Source: a bacterium (lineage in GTDB: Bacteria; UBA8248). Taken from it: 64,000 bases of DNA. The stretch covers positions 608,001 to 672,000 of the forward strand of contig CBDBEV010000001.1 of the NCBI GenBank assembly GCA_965204535.1. The letters are read 5' to 3'. A program made the position numbers and the translations under genes. Of the stretch, positions 39,645 to 48,824 are shown piece by piece. The first letter of the stretch is position 1, and each line of letters starts with the position of its first letter. The notes beneath the pieces are model-generated. The model was not told the origin of the DNA and ran no database searches. It worked only from the letters and a program-made list of their open reading frames with translations.

Positions 39645-39974
39645 CCTTTGCTTACTCACCTATATAATTCCCTAAAAAATAGTGTTGCCAGAAACGGGGA
39701 AGTTCTGAAAATCATATTTTCAATATGCTAAAATTTGTAGCGATAGGATTTGAACCTGCGATCTTGATGCGAAGAACCTAAATGACCTGTTCTGCACATT
39801 TCTCTCGCAACGTTTACGAAAATCTATATTCTTTGGTGGTGGTAACCTGGTGAAGCTACACGAAGTTCTGCTCTTGTCATTCAGCTATCTTGCCAAGCCC
39901 TCATGGACTCTTTTTCACGGTCTCTGCTCGAGGCATGATGTCTCACCTAACTTCACATGAGCGGTTTTTCGATT

Positions 39975-41144
39975 TTAGCCCATGATTTCGGCAGCGATGC
40001 TCTTCGCGATCCGCTCCGCCGTCTCGCGCACCGATTCGCGCGACAGGTGAGCGTAGCGCGCCGTGGTCTCGACCTGGGCGTGGCCGAGCAGTTTCCCGAT
40101 CATCGGCAGGCTCTCGCCAAGCGCCAGCGCCCTGGATGCGAAGGAATGGCGCAGGTCGTGGAGCCGGACGTCTGAGAGACCCGCGCGCGTCCGGACGGTC
40201 TGCCAGGCGTCGTCGAGTTCGGTCATGTGCGTTCCCGGCCTCTTGCCGTGGATGACCCACAGATTGCCCTCGATGCGCGGGAGTTCCGCGAGGAGCTTCA
40301 CCGCCCGCGGCGAGAGCGGGACTACCCGCGCGCCCGTCTTGGCGTCGGGGAGCCTCAGTTCATTCTCCTCAAGCGCCACGTCCTCCCACCTTAATTTCAG
40401 TATCTCGTTCTTCCGGCACCCAGTCAGCATCAGGAGCCGGATGGCGGCCACCGCGGGCGCCGTGGCGCCTCCTCTTGTCCCGACCTCATCAAGCGTCTGC
40501 CCCAGGCGCGTGAATTCCTTGTCGGTCAGGAACCTCTCCCGCCTGCGCTCGGGGTGTTTGGTGATCGAGCGGCAAGGGTTCATTCCTTCCGGAACGAGTC
40601 CCCACTCACCGGCCAGGCGGTACATCAGGGAGAGGGTGCGGAGCGCCATGTTCGCGGCAACAGGCGTCGCGCACAGCCGCTGGTGCATCTCCGCGACCTG
40701 CGCGCGCTCGACCGCCGTGAGCGGCAGCTTCCCCAGGGCCGGCAGGATGTGCTTGCGGACCGCCGTGCGGACCGTCTCGAGGGTCTTCGGCTTGCACCGC
40801 ACCGCGGCGTATTCCGCGAGATACCTCCCGGCGAGTTCGGCCACGGTGGGGCCGCCGGCGGGCTTCTTCGGCTTGAGCGCCGCCTCATCGCCCGCCTTGA
40901 TCCGGGTGATGATCATGGCCGCCCTCTGGCGCGCCTGCTCGGCATGGACCACCCCGTACCGGCCGACCGCCACGCGCCTCGGTCCCTTGGGACCTCTTGC
41001 CTGGGCGACGTAGACCTTCGTCCCCGTGGGATAGACCCTGACGCCGAAGCCGGTGAGCTCCCTGTCCCAGAACACGGTCTCTTTCTCGGTATCGAGCTTG
41101 CCGACCATGCGGTTCGAGAGCGTCCTGTACTTGAGTTTCGCCAT
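39975..41144 (-). CDS. Tyrosine recombinase/integrase with arm-binding domain, copy 2
   Basis: FWDRELTGFGVRV, TGCRKNEI, DAKTG, HDLRHSFAS, LLGH and TARYAH. Confidence 0.93.
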   Translation of the reverse strand: MAKLKYRTLSNRMVGKLDTEKETVFWDRELTGFGVRVYPTGTKVYVAQARGPKGPRRVAVGRYGVVHAEQARQRAAMIITRIKAGDEAALKPKKPAGGPTVAELAGRYLAEYAAVRCKPKTLETVRTAVRKHILPALGKLPLTAVERAQVAEMHQRLCATPVAANMALRTLSLMYRLAGEWGLVPEGMNPCRSITKHPERRRERFLTDKEFTRLGQTLDEVGTRGGATAPAVAAIRLLMLTGCRKNEILKLRWEDVALEENELRLPDAKTGARVVPLSPRAVKLLAELPRIEGNLWVIHGKRPGTHMTELDDAWQTVRTRAGLSDVRLHDLRHSFASRALALGESLPMIGKLLGHAQVETTARYAHLSRESVRETAERIAKSIAAEIMG

Positions 41145-41170
41145 ATCCGATTCTTCCTCCTCGTCCTGAT

Positions 41171-42352
41171 TCACTCTTGAGCGGTCTGAGCGCCAAGGTG
41201 GGTTCCGATGCTGTCGCCCACCCGGGCGGCCGCCGCCTTCTCCGCGTCGCGCATCAGGTGCGCGTAGCGCGCCGTGGTCGATACCTTGGCGTGGCCGAGC
41301 AGCTTGCCGATCGCGGTGAGACCCTCGCCCAGCGCCAGCGCCCTTGATGCGTAGGAGTGCCTGAGATCGTGGATCCGCACGTCATCGAGACCGGCCCTGG
41401 CCCTGATGCGTTTCCAGTAGGAAGTGATATCCAGGGGACGACCCGCCCCGTTACGCCCGGGGAACACCCAGGGGTTTCCGGGTGAGCGCGCGATGCCGTC
41501 CAGCACACGCCTCGCGGGCGTCGTCAGGGGGACCATGCGCGGACCCGTCTTGGCGTCCCGGAGCCTGAGTTCCCCCGCCGTGTGGTCCACGTCGTCCCAG
41601 CGAAGGTTCAGTATCTCGCTCTTCCTGCACCCGGTCAGCATCAACAGCCTGATCGCGGCGAGCGCGGGCGGCCATACCGACCCGTCCGCCTCCGCGTCCC
41701 TGAGCGTCCCGCCCAGGCGGCGGAACTCCTCATCGCTCAGGAAGCGCTCGCGCCGGCGCATGCTGTAGGGCCGCACCGCGCGGCAGGGATTGTTCCCGGG
41801 AGGGAGCAGTTCCCACGTCTCGGCCAGCGAGAACATCTTGGAAAGGACGCCGAGCGAACTGTTGGCCATATCGGGCGTGTCGCAAAGACGGTGGTGCAGC
41901 GCCGAGACTTCCGCTCGCCCGACCTGTTCGATCTCCATTCCGCCCAGGGCAGGCAGGATGTGTTTCTCGATCAGGTACCGGTATGATGCAATGGTGCCCG
42001 GTTTCAGATGCGTCTCGACATGGTCCCGCATGAAGCGTTCGGCCAGGCCGGACACGGTGAGCGCAGGCTCGGGCGGCTTCGGTGTGGGAGACTCTCCGCG
42101 CTTGATGCGGTCGATGACGGGGACGGCGCGTTTTCTCGCCTCGTCGGTCGACAGCTCCCCGTGCCGGCCGATAGTCACGCGCTTAGGTCCCCCCGGCCCG
42201 CGGGTCTGTACCACGTAGACCTTGCGACCCGTGGGGTGGACACGCACGCCAAAGCCGGCAAGGTCCCGGTCCCAGAAGACGGCGTCCTTGCCTTCGACTT
42301 CGAGTGCGTCGACGGCGCGCTTGGTGAGTTTGAGTTCGCTTTTTTTGGGCAT
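41171..42352 (-). CDS. Tyrosine recombinase/integrase with arm-binding domain, copy 1
   Basis: FWDRDLAGFGVRV, TGCRKSEI, DAKTG, HDLRHSYAS, LLGH and TARYAH. Confidence 0.93.
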   Translation of the reverse strand: MPKKSELKLTKRAVDALEVEGKDAVFWDRDLAGFGVRVHPTGRKVYVVQTRGPGGPKRVTIGRHGELSTDEARKRAVPVIDRIKRGESPTPKPPEPALTVSGLAERFMRDHVETHLKPGTIASYRYLIEKHILPALGGMEIEQVGRAEVSALHHRLCDTPDMANSSLGVLSKMFSLAETWELLPPGNNPCRAVRPYSMRRRERFLSDEEFRRLGGTLRDAEADGSVWPPALAAIRLLMLTGCRKSEILNLRWDDVDHTAGELRLRDAKTGPRMVPLTTPARRVLDGIARSPGNPWVFPGRNGAGRPLDITSYWKRIRARAGLDDVRIHDLRHSYASRALALGEGLTAIGKLLGHAKVSTTARYAHLMRDAEKAAAARVGDSIGTHLGAQTAQE

Positions 42353-42548
42353 GATTTCTCTCCGCCTATTCGTAATCAAAACGTATACGAATGGCGTATA
42401 ACTGGAGCGTATTTAAGCATAAATATGGCGAAAACACAAGGGGGAAAAGACAGGGAGAAAAAAGAAATACTTGAGTAAAAACAAATATTTATATTAAAAC
42501 TAGAGGGTCAGTCGCATCATAGTCGGTAAGGCGGAATTTCATCCCTGT

Positions 42549-42784
42549 CTACCCCCCCTTGTCAGGGGGGTATGAAAAGGCGATGCTCGCCGCCGGTAGA
42601 GGGGTTTTTGTTTTTTCTTGCCCCCCCTGACAAGGGGGGGGGTCCGTAGGGGCGGCCCCCTGTGGCCGCCCGCCGGTCGTATTCACCCCGATACAGCAAG
42701 GGCGCGAGGGCCACGGACAGGCACGGGGGCCTGTCCCTACGGCGAACAATCTCTAAGGGCGGACAGGACTTATCCAACAACCCC
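42549..42784. repeat. Composite REP/MITE-like repeat cluster
   Basis: CCCCCCCTTGTCAGGGGGG palindrome with an inverted copy, GTAGGGGCGGCC…GGCCGCCC and GGACAGGC…GCCTGTCCCTAC units, and end GGACTTATCCAACAACCCC. Related copies at 47.9, 52.9 and 62.3 kb. Confidence 0.75.
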
Positions 42785-42791
42785 GTTCTCC

Positions 42792-42876
42792 CCGCCGGTT
42801 TCATCTGTTGACCTGACTATGCCTCTCCCGCATTATTCGGGAAGCTTGAAACAACTCCTGAGGATTTAATGACCAC
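42792..42876 (+). repeat. Direct-repeat copy 1 of the mqnC promoter/start region
   Basis: Matches 44584-44669: CCGCCGGTTTCATCTGTTGACCTGA…CGCATTATTCGGGA…GAGGA…ATGACCAC. Contains TTGACC-17-CATTAT. Confidence 0.8.
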
Positions 42877-44608
42877 GGATGCGCCTGCCGCCGCCTCGAA
42901 GATCGAACACTGGCGCAGACGCATGAGCCTCGTGACCGGCTGCGTCCTTTTCCTCTTTCTCATCACGCATCTTGGAAATCATACGCTGGGTCTGGCCTCG
43001 CTCGCCGCGATGGACGCGGGCAGATACTGGTTTCTGGGATTCTGGCGGAGCGTTCCGGGTTCGGTGCTCTTTTACAGTTCGCTCATCCTGCACACGGTGC
43101 TCGCGATGTACGGCCTGTTCAATCGCCGCAGCCTCCGGATGCCGCTCTGGGAGGCGGCCCAGATCGTCCTGGGCCTGTCCATCCCCCTGTTCATGATCTC
43201 ACACGTCGTGGGCACGCGCCTGGCGCATGAGTGGTTCGGCACGATCGATACCTACGAGCGCCTGATGTACCTCTACTGGGAGCGCTCGCCGGACGTAGGC
43301 CTCAAGCAGTCGATTTTTCTGCTCATCGCCTGGACGCACGCCTGCGTGGGCCTCCACTACTGGCTGAGGCTCAAGCCCTGGTACCAGAAATGGTTCCCGG
43401 CGTGTCTGTCCGTCATGGTGCTGGTGGCGGCCCTCTCGCTGGCGGGCTTCAGTCAGGGCGGGCGCGAGGCGGCGAGGCTCTCGGCGGATGCGGAGTGGCG
43501 GCGCGGGATGCTCAGCCGCACCGGGATGCCGGATCGCGCCCAGAGGGGAGAACTCCACCTCGCGCGCGACGCGCTCTGGTGGGGCTACCTGGGCCTGGTC
43601 GCGCTGGTGTTCGCGGGGCGGGGAGCGCGCTCTGCGCGGGAGCGGATGCGGAAGACGTTCCGCGTCGCCTATGCGGGCGGGCGCGAGGCGGTCGCGCCGG
43701 TGGGCTCCACCGTGCTGGAGGCGAGCCGCGCCGCAGATATACCGCATGCCTCCGTATGCGGGGGGCGCGGGCGGTGCTCCACCTGCCGGGTGAAACTGCT
43801 GGGCGGTGTGGATGCCCTGCCGCCCGCACAGCCGGAAGAGCAGCGCGTTCTGGAGCGCATCAAGGCCGCGCCCGACGTTCGCCTGGCGTGCCAGTTGCGC
43901 CCGGGGGCGGACCTCTCGGTCCTGCTCCTGCTGCCCGCAGGCGCGGACGCGGCGCAGGGTTTCGCGCAACGCGGCTACACCGCAGGCCAGGAGCGCGGCG
44001 TGGCCGTCCTGTTCGCGGATTTGAGGGGCTTCACGCGCATCGCCGAGAGGAAACTCCCCTATGACGTCGTGTTCTTCCTCAATTGCTACTTCGACGTGAT
44101 GGGCGAGGCGATCACGAAGGAGGGGGGACTCATCAACCAGTTTGTGGGAGACGGCGTCATGGCGCTCTTCGGCGTCGAGGAGGGTCCCGAAGAAGGCTGC
44201 AGGCAGGCCCTCTCGGCGGCCTGCGCCATCGTGGACGCGATTGAGGAGATGAGCGAGACGCTCGCTGATGAACTCGAAGAGCCCCTCCGCGTCGGAATCG
44301 GCGTACACACCGGCCCCACCGTGGTGGGCCACATGGGCCGGGGCGTGGCGAAGTACCTCACGGCGGTGGGCGATACGGTGAACACGGCCAGCCGCTTACA
44401 GGACCTGACCAAGGAATACGGTTGCAGGCTCGTCATCTCCGCCCAGGTGGCCGAGCGCGCAGGGGCGGACGTCTCCGCTTTTCCCGCGCACCAGATCGAG
44501 GTGCGTAACCGCGCAGCACCCCTCACCATCCGCGCGGTCGAGAATCCACACGACGTGGTATTGGGCCGGGGGAACGATTCGCACCGCCGGTTTCATCTGT
44601 TGACCTGA
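42869..44608 (+). CDS. Membrane-anchored adenylate cyclase with heme-b-type TM anchor and 2Fe-2S ferredoxin domain (CyaC-like)
   Basis: TM helices with conserved His (THLGNH, LH, SHV, WTHACVGLH). CGGRGRCSTC…RLACQ ferredoxin motifs. Class III cyclase motifs LFADLRGFT, FVGDGVMALFG and GDTVNTASRL. Confidence 0.9.
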   Translation: MTTDAPAAASKIEHWRRRMSLVTGCVLFLFLITHLGNHTLGLASLAAMDAGRYWFLGFWRSVPGSVLFYSSLILHTVLAMYGLFNRRSLRMPLWEAAQIVLGLSIPLFMISHVVGTRLAHEWFGTIDTYERLMYLYWERSPDVGLKQSIFLLIAWTHACVGLHYWLRLKPWYQKWFPACLSVMVLVAALSLAGFSQGGREAARLSADAEWRRGMLSRTGMPDRAQRGELHLARDALWWGYLGLVALVFAGRGARSARERMRKTFRVAYAGGREAVAPVGSTVLEASRAADIPHASVCGGRGRCSTCRVKLLGGVDALPPAQPEEQRVLERIKAAPDVRLACQLRPGADLSVLLLLPAGADAAQGFAQRGYTAGQERGVAVLFADLRGFTRIAERKLPYDVVFFLNCYFDVMGEAITKEGGLINQFVGDGVMALFGVEEGPEEGCRQALSAACAIVDAIEEMSETLADELEEPLRVGIGVHTGPTVVGHMGRGVAKYLTAVGDTVNTASRLQDLTKEYGCRLVISAQVAERAGADVSAFPAHQIEVRNRAAPLTIRAVENPHDVVLGRGNDSHRRFHLLT

Positions 44609-44661
44609 TCGAAGCTCTCGCGCATTATTCGGGAGGCTTGGAACTACATCCGAGGAAATCC

Positions 44662-45741
44662 ATGACCACAGCGACGACGGCGTTCTATGAGGCGATTGAG
44701 AAGGCGGCGGGAGGCGAGCGGCTGTCTTTCGAGGAGGGCCTCGCCCTGCTAGAAGGCGACGATCTCGTGGCGCTCGGCGCCGCGGCGGACGACGTTCGCG
44801 CACGACTGCATCCCGAGGGTATCGCCACCTACTGCGTGGACAGGAACATCAACTACACGAACGTGTGCGACGTCTACTGCACCTTCTGCGCGTTCTACCG
44901 CCCGCCGGGCGATCACCCCGAAGCCTATATCAGGACGCGCGATGAGATAAGGCAAAAGCTGGATGAACTCTACGCCGTGGGCGGCAGGCAGATCCTGCTC
45001 CAGGGGGGGCACCATCCCGACCTCCGAATCGAATGGTACGAGGAGCTTTTCTCCTGGATGAAGGGGGAGTTTCCCGATCTCCACCTCCACGCCCTGAGTC
45101 CGCCCGAGATTCACCACATCGCGAGGCTCGAGGACATGCCCTATGAGGTGGTCCTTACGCGCCTGAATGCGGCGGGTCTCGATTCGGTGCCGGGCGGCGG
45201 CGGGGAGATTCTCGTCGACCGCGTGCGGGAGAAGATATCGAGGCTCAAAGTCGACACGGAGGGCTGGCTCAAGGTCATGCGCGTCGCCCACAACCTGGGG
45301 ATTCGCTCCTCCGCCACGATGATGTTCGGCCACGTGGAGACGGATGCCGAACGGGTCGAGCACCTACACCGCCTGCGCGGGCTTCAGGACGAGACGGGCG
45401 GCTTCACGGCCTACATCTGCTGGACGTTCCAGAACGACGGCGCAGCACCCTTGAAGGCGCAGACGGTGGGCAGCAGCGAGTATTTGAGGATGCTGGCCAT
45501 CAGCCGCCTGTACCTGGACAACATTGCGAACTTCCAGTCCTCCTGGGTGACGCAGGGCATGAAGATAGGCGAGATATCGCTCCACTACGGCTGCAACGAC
45601 ATGGGTTCCACCATGCTGGAGGAAAACGTCGTGAGCGCCGCCGGCACCACGTATGCACTGAACGAGGACGACCTCCACCGCATGGCGCGAAACGCGGGCT
45701 TCACGCCCAGGCGGCGCAATTTCTTCTACGATCTGATCTGA
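44662..45741 (+). CDS. mqnC: Cyclic dehypoxanthine futalosine synthase (menaquinone, futalosine pathway)
   Basis: DRNINYTNVCDVYCTFCAFYR, LLQGGHHP, PGGGGEIL, ATMMFGH, QSSWVTQG and DMGSTMLEENVVSAAG. Confidence 0.88.
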   Translation: MTTATTAFYEAIEKAAGGERLSFEEGLALLEGDDLVALGAAADDVRARLHPEGIATYCVDRNINYTNVCDVYCTFCAFYRPPGDHPEAYIRTRDEIRQKLDELYAVGGRQILLQGGHHPDLRIEWYEELFSWMKGEFPDLHLHALSPPEIHHIARLEDMPYEVVLTRLNAAGLDSVPGGGGEILVDRVREKISRLKVDTEGWLKVMRVAHNLGIRSSATMMFGHVETDAERVEHLHRLRGLQDETGGFTAYICWTFQNDGAAPLKAQTVGSSEYLRMLAISRLYLDNIANFQSSWVTQGMKIGEISLHYGCNDMGSTMLEENVVSAAGTTYALNEDDLHRMARNAGFTPRRRNFFYDLI

Positions 45742-45754
45742 CAACGCCTCTCCC

Positions 45755-47038
45755 GTGACGACGGAACCGCCCCGAACGCCACAGACGCAGAAGATGGAGC
45801 TTTGGCTGGCGGACCTGGTCTGTCCGGTGGACGGGCCGCCCATCCGGCGCGGCGCGATCCTGACTTCCGGGGGCCGCGTCCTGGCGGTGGGGGAGGAGGC
45901 CTTCGTTCGTCCGGCGGAACCCGTGGCCGAGGAGCGCGATTTCGGCCGCGCGATCCTGATTCCCGGCCTCGTGAACGCGCATACGCACCTCGAACTCTCG
46001 GGCCTCAAGCGCAAAGCCGGGCCGATGGAGGAGTGGATAGTCTCCCTCGTGCGCGAGATGCGAGGCTGGCCCGCGCACCTGTTTCTGGCTTCGGCCCAAA
46101 TCGGCGCCGCCGCGAGCCTGGCGGCGGGCGTCACCTGCGCCGGCGACGTCTCGACTTCTGGCGAGAGCGCCACGGCGATAGCGGGCGCCGGCATGCGCGG
46201 CGTGGTGTTCCACGAGGTGCTGGGGCTGGATCCGGCGCGAGCGGATGAGATTCTGGCGGAAAAAATGAAGGCCTGCGACCTTTTCCCGGAATACGAAGGC
46301 CCCGTACCGGGCGCCGTGCGGTACGGCCTGAGCCCCCATGCGCCCTATAGCGCATCGCTCGCCCTCTACCGGGCCGTACGGGAGGAGGCGCGGGCAAGAG
46401 GCTGGCCCGTGGCGACGCACCTGGGCGAGAGCGCGGAGGAGGTCGTATTCTTACAGGACGGCGGCGGCGCGCTCGCGAGAGTGCACCGGGCGCTGAACGG
46501 CTCCTTGGACGGCTTCAGGCCCTCGGGGCTTCGGCCCGCCGCCCATCTCGATCTCACCGGCGCGCTCGATGGCCTCACCCTCGCCGTTCACGCGAACCAG
46601 ACGAACAATGAGGACTGGGCGCTCTTGAGAAAGAACGGGGTGCGCGTTTGTCTCTGCCCGCGCTCGGCGCGTTTTTTCGGCCATCCCTTCGCCGATGCGG
46701 CGCGCATGCGCGAGGCGGGTCTCGATCTCTGTCTGGGAACGGACAGTCTGGCGAGCAGCCCCTCGCTTTCGCTTCTGGACGAGGCCCGCGCGCTTCGCGA
46801 GGCGGATGCGGAGGTCGCGGACGCCGAACTGCTCGAGATGTGCACACTCTCGGGCGCCAAGGCGCTCGGTTTCGAGGAGGTGGGCGTCCTGAAGCCGGGC
46901 GGCGCGGCCGATTTCTGCGTCGTCTGCCCGCCGCGCGGGGTGGGCGGTTTGCATCTGGGCGACGTGTTCGAGGAGGACGCGTTCGTCGTCTGCACCGTCA
47001 CGAACGGGGAGATACGCTACGAGGCGCCGGGCGTTTGA
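45755..47038 (+). CDS. Amidohydrolase family (possible aminofutalosine deaminase)
   Basis: PGLVNAHTHLELS, LSPHAPYS, THLGES, CPRS and LGTDSLAS; adjacent to mqnC. Confidence 0.8.
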   Translation: MTTEPPRTPQTQKMELWLADLVCPVDGPPIRRGAILTSGGRVLAVGEEAFVRPAEPVAEERDFGRAILIPGLVNAHTHLELSGLKRKAGPMEEWIVSLVREMRGWPAHLFLASAQIGAAASLAAGVTCAGDVSTSGESATAIAGAGMRGVVFHEVLGLDPARADEILAEKMKACDLFPEYEGPVPGAVRYGLSPHAPYSASLALYRAVREEARARGWPVATHLGESAEEVVFLQDGGGALARVHRALNGSLDGFRPSGLRPAAHLDLTGALDGLTLAVHANQTNNEDWALLRKNGVRVCLCPRSARFFGHPFADAARMREAGLDLCLGTDSLASSPSLSLLDEARALREADAEVADAELLEMCTLSGAKALGFEEVGVLKPGGAADFCVVCPPRGVGGLHLGDVFEEDAFVVCTVTNGEIRYEAPGV

Positions 47039-47170
47039 GGCGGGTTTCGTCGCTCGCGCCCGTCCCCGGCATGCGCGCCGGGGTCCGGTGTGGTATAACC
47101 CCGAAAATTTCGCGTTCAGCATATCTTTTCACATACGAGGCGGTGTGCCTCTCAGGGAGAATGAGTATCC

Positions 47171-47776
47171 ATGGCGAGAAAACTGACGAATTTCGATAAT
47201 TCCAACTGGAAGACCCGCAAGGCCCGCTACGACGTGGCCGAGGCGGGCATCGGCCGCGTCCTGGCCATCCGCATGGCGCCCGGCGACGATCTGTTCGGCA
47301 CCACGCTCAAGATTTGCCAGGAAAAGGGCGTGAAGGCGGGCGTCATCCTGAGCGTGGCGGCGAGCCTGCAGAAGGCGGTGCTCAGAAACGTCTGGCAGTT
47401 CCCCAACCCGTTTCCCATCAACGACGAGTGCCGCATCTTCACGCCCATAGGCGGCCCGCTGGAACTCCTGCAGATGAGCGGCAACATCACCGAGACCGAG
47501 GCGGGAGAGCCCTACCTCCACGCCCACGTCACGATTTCGATGGGCCGGCCCGAGGCGACGTGCTTCGGCGGCCACCTCGTGGAGGGATGCACCATCTTCA
47601 GCACGTGCGAGATGGTGATCGCGGAGTTGTCGGACATCTCCTTCATGCGCCTGATGGACAAGCACACCCGCGTGGGCGAGGTCTTCGGCATCGAGACGAA
47701 CGGGAAATCGGGCGCCGCGATCAAAAAAGAGATCACCAAGCGCAAGGCGCGCCCCAAGCCCAAAGGCGTGCGTTAG
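47171..47776 (+). CDS. PPC/DUF296 domain protein
   Basis: IRMAPGDDL, ELLQMSGNI, LHAHVTIS, FGGHL and TCEMVI. Confidence 0.85.
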   Translation: MARKLTNFDNSNWKTRKARYDVAEAGIGRVLAIRMAPGDDLFGTTLKICQEKGVKAGVILSVAASLQKAVLRNVWQFPNPFPINDECRIFTPIGGPLELLQMSGNITETEAGEPYLHAHVTISMGRPEATCFGGHLVEGCTIFSTCEMVIAELSDISFMRLMDKHTRVGEVFGIETNGKSGAAIKKEITKRKARPKPKGVR

Positions 47777-47806
47777 TTTTTGAGAGTTTTTTCAGTTCGC
47801 GCTTTG

Positions 47807-47841
47807 AGGGGCCGCTCCGCACGGGGCGGCCTCTTTTTTTT
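47807..47841 (+). terminator. Rho-independent terminator
   Basis: GAGGGGCCGCTCCG…CGGGGCGGCCTC followed by a T run. Confidence 0.7.
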
Positions 47842-47858
47842 CGAGTGAGCTGTGCTGG

Positions 47859-48260
47859 AGGGGTTGTTGGTAAAAGTCCTCGTTGGGGGATATTGTCTTT
47901 AGCAGGAAGACCGCTTTCGCGCTAACCCCAATCTCCCTCGTCGAAAGGCAACCCCCCCTACCCCCCCTTGTCAGGGGGGCAAGAAAAAGCAAACCCCCCT
48001 CAGCTAAAATGGCGCGAGGATTCAGGTATGGCGGTGTCGGGGGCAAGAAAAAGCAAACCCCTCTCAGCCCGGCGGGGGCGAATCGTCTTTTTATACCCTC
48101 CTGTCAAGGGGGGGTAGGGGGGGTTGGTTTCAACAGGCGAGGGGGTAATCAAACCGATCGAATAGGAGCCGCCCCGTAGGGACAGGCTCCCGTGCCTGTC
48201 CGACACCCCGACGAAGGACAACTACGGAGGGTTGCCCCTGCAGGTTATCCCCCACCGCCG
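47859..48260. repeat. Composite REP/MITE-like repeat cluster
   Basis: Starts AGGGGTTGTTGGTAAAAGTCC. Contains ACCCCCCCTACCCCCCCTTGTCAGGGGGG with an inverted copy, tandem GGGGCAAGAAAAAGCAAACCCC, and GTAGGGACAGGC…GCCTGTCC. Confidence 0.75.
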
Positions 48261-48262
48261 CG

Positions 48263-48814
48263 CTACAACCAGCGGCGCACGCTCTGGCAGTATTCGCCGT
48301 ATTCCTCGCCGAATTTCTCCGTGAGGTAATCCTCCTCGCGCGCGACGATAGCCACTTGCACCGTGGCGAGGAGCGGTGCGCCCAGAACGAATATCCACAG
48401 GTTGTTGAGGAAAATCCCGAGTCCCAGGTAGAGGCATATGTAGCCGAGATAGATGGGGTTGCGCGAGAAGCGGTAAGGGCCGTCGGTGATGAGGGCGTGC
48501 GCGGGCTTGTCCGTCTCGTGGTTCGTGCGGGCGTTTCTGTAGCAGACGAGGGAGGTCGAGTTCATCACGGCGCCTGCGAGAACAAGCCCCGCCCCGAGCG
48601 TGAAGCGTACGCTCTCCGGGAAGGCGTAGGTGGGGAACAGGGTGTCGAACCCCACGCCCATGATGAAGTACATGGCGAAATACCAGACCGGCTTGATGGG
48701 GATTTGGGGATGATCCTCCGGCGTCTCCCCCTGGGGTTCGGGGCTTTTGTCCTTCCAGGGCATGAGCTTGTTCGGATCGTCGAAATCCGTGAATCTCCTG
48801 AACCAGTCTTTCAT
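48263..48814 (-). CDS. Isoprenylcysteine carboxyl methyltransferase / PEMT family membrane protein
   Basis: LITDGPYRFSRNPIYLG, REEDYL…FGEEY.EY…VRRWL. Confidence 0.88.
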   Translation of the reverse strand: MKDWFRRFTDFDDPNKLMPWKDKSPEPQGETPEDHPQIPIKPVWYFAMYFIMGVGFDTLFPTYAFPESVRFTLGAGLVLAGAVMNSTSLVCYRNARTNHETDKPAHALITDGPYRFSRNPIYLGYICLYLGLGIFLNNLWIFVLGAPLLATVQVAIVAREEDYLTEKFGEEYGEYCQSVRRWL

Positions 48815-48824
48815 AGGGGGGTCT

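Larger units (their letters stand above)
35783..39672 (-). mobile_element. Non-autonomous IS1595-family element with passenger genes (3,890 bp)
   Basis: Perfect 24-bp TIR GGGAATTATATAGGTGAGTAAGCA (35783-35806 / 39649-39672). 8-bp TSD TAAAAAAT (35775-35782 and 39673-39680). Confidence 0.92.
1..42548. mobile_element. Genomic island / ICE-like element (left boundary outside window)
   Basis: Tandem integrases at the right end, leading-region backbone, defence-type cargo and three IS families. Housekeeping genes begin abruptly after about 42.8 kb. No att site identified. Confidence 0.7.

Noticed and set aside
42400-42548. att site of the island
   Set aside because: No direct-repeat partner in the window and no recognisable tRNA, guaA or dusA fragment.
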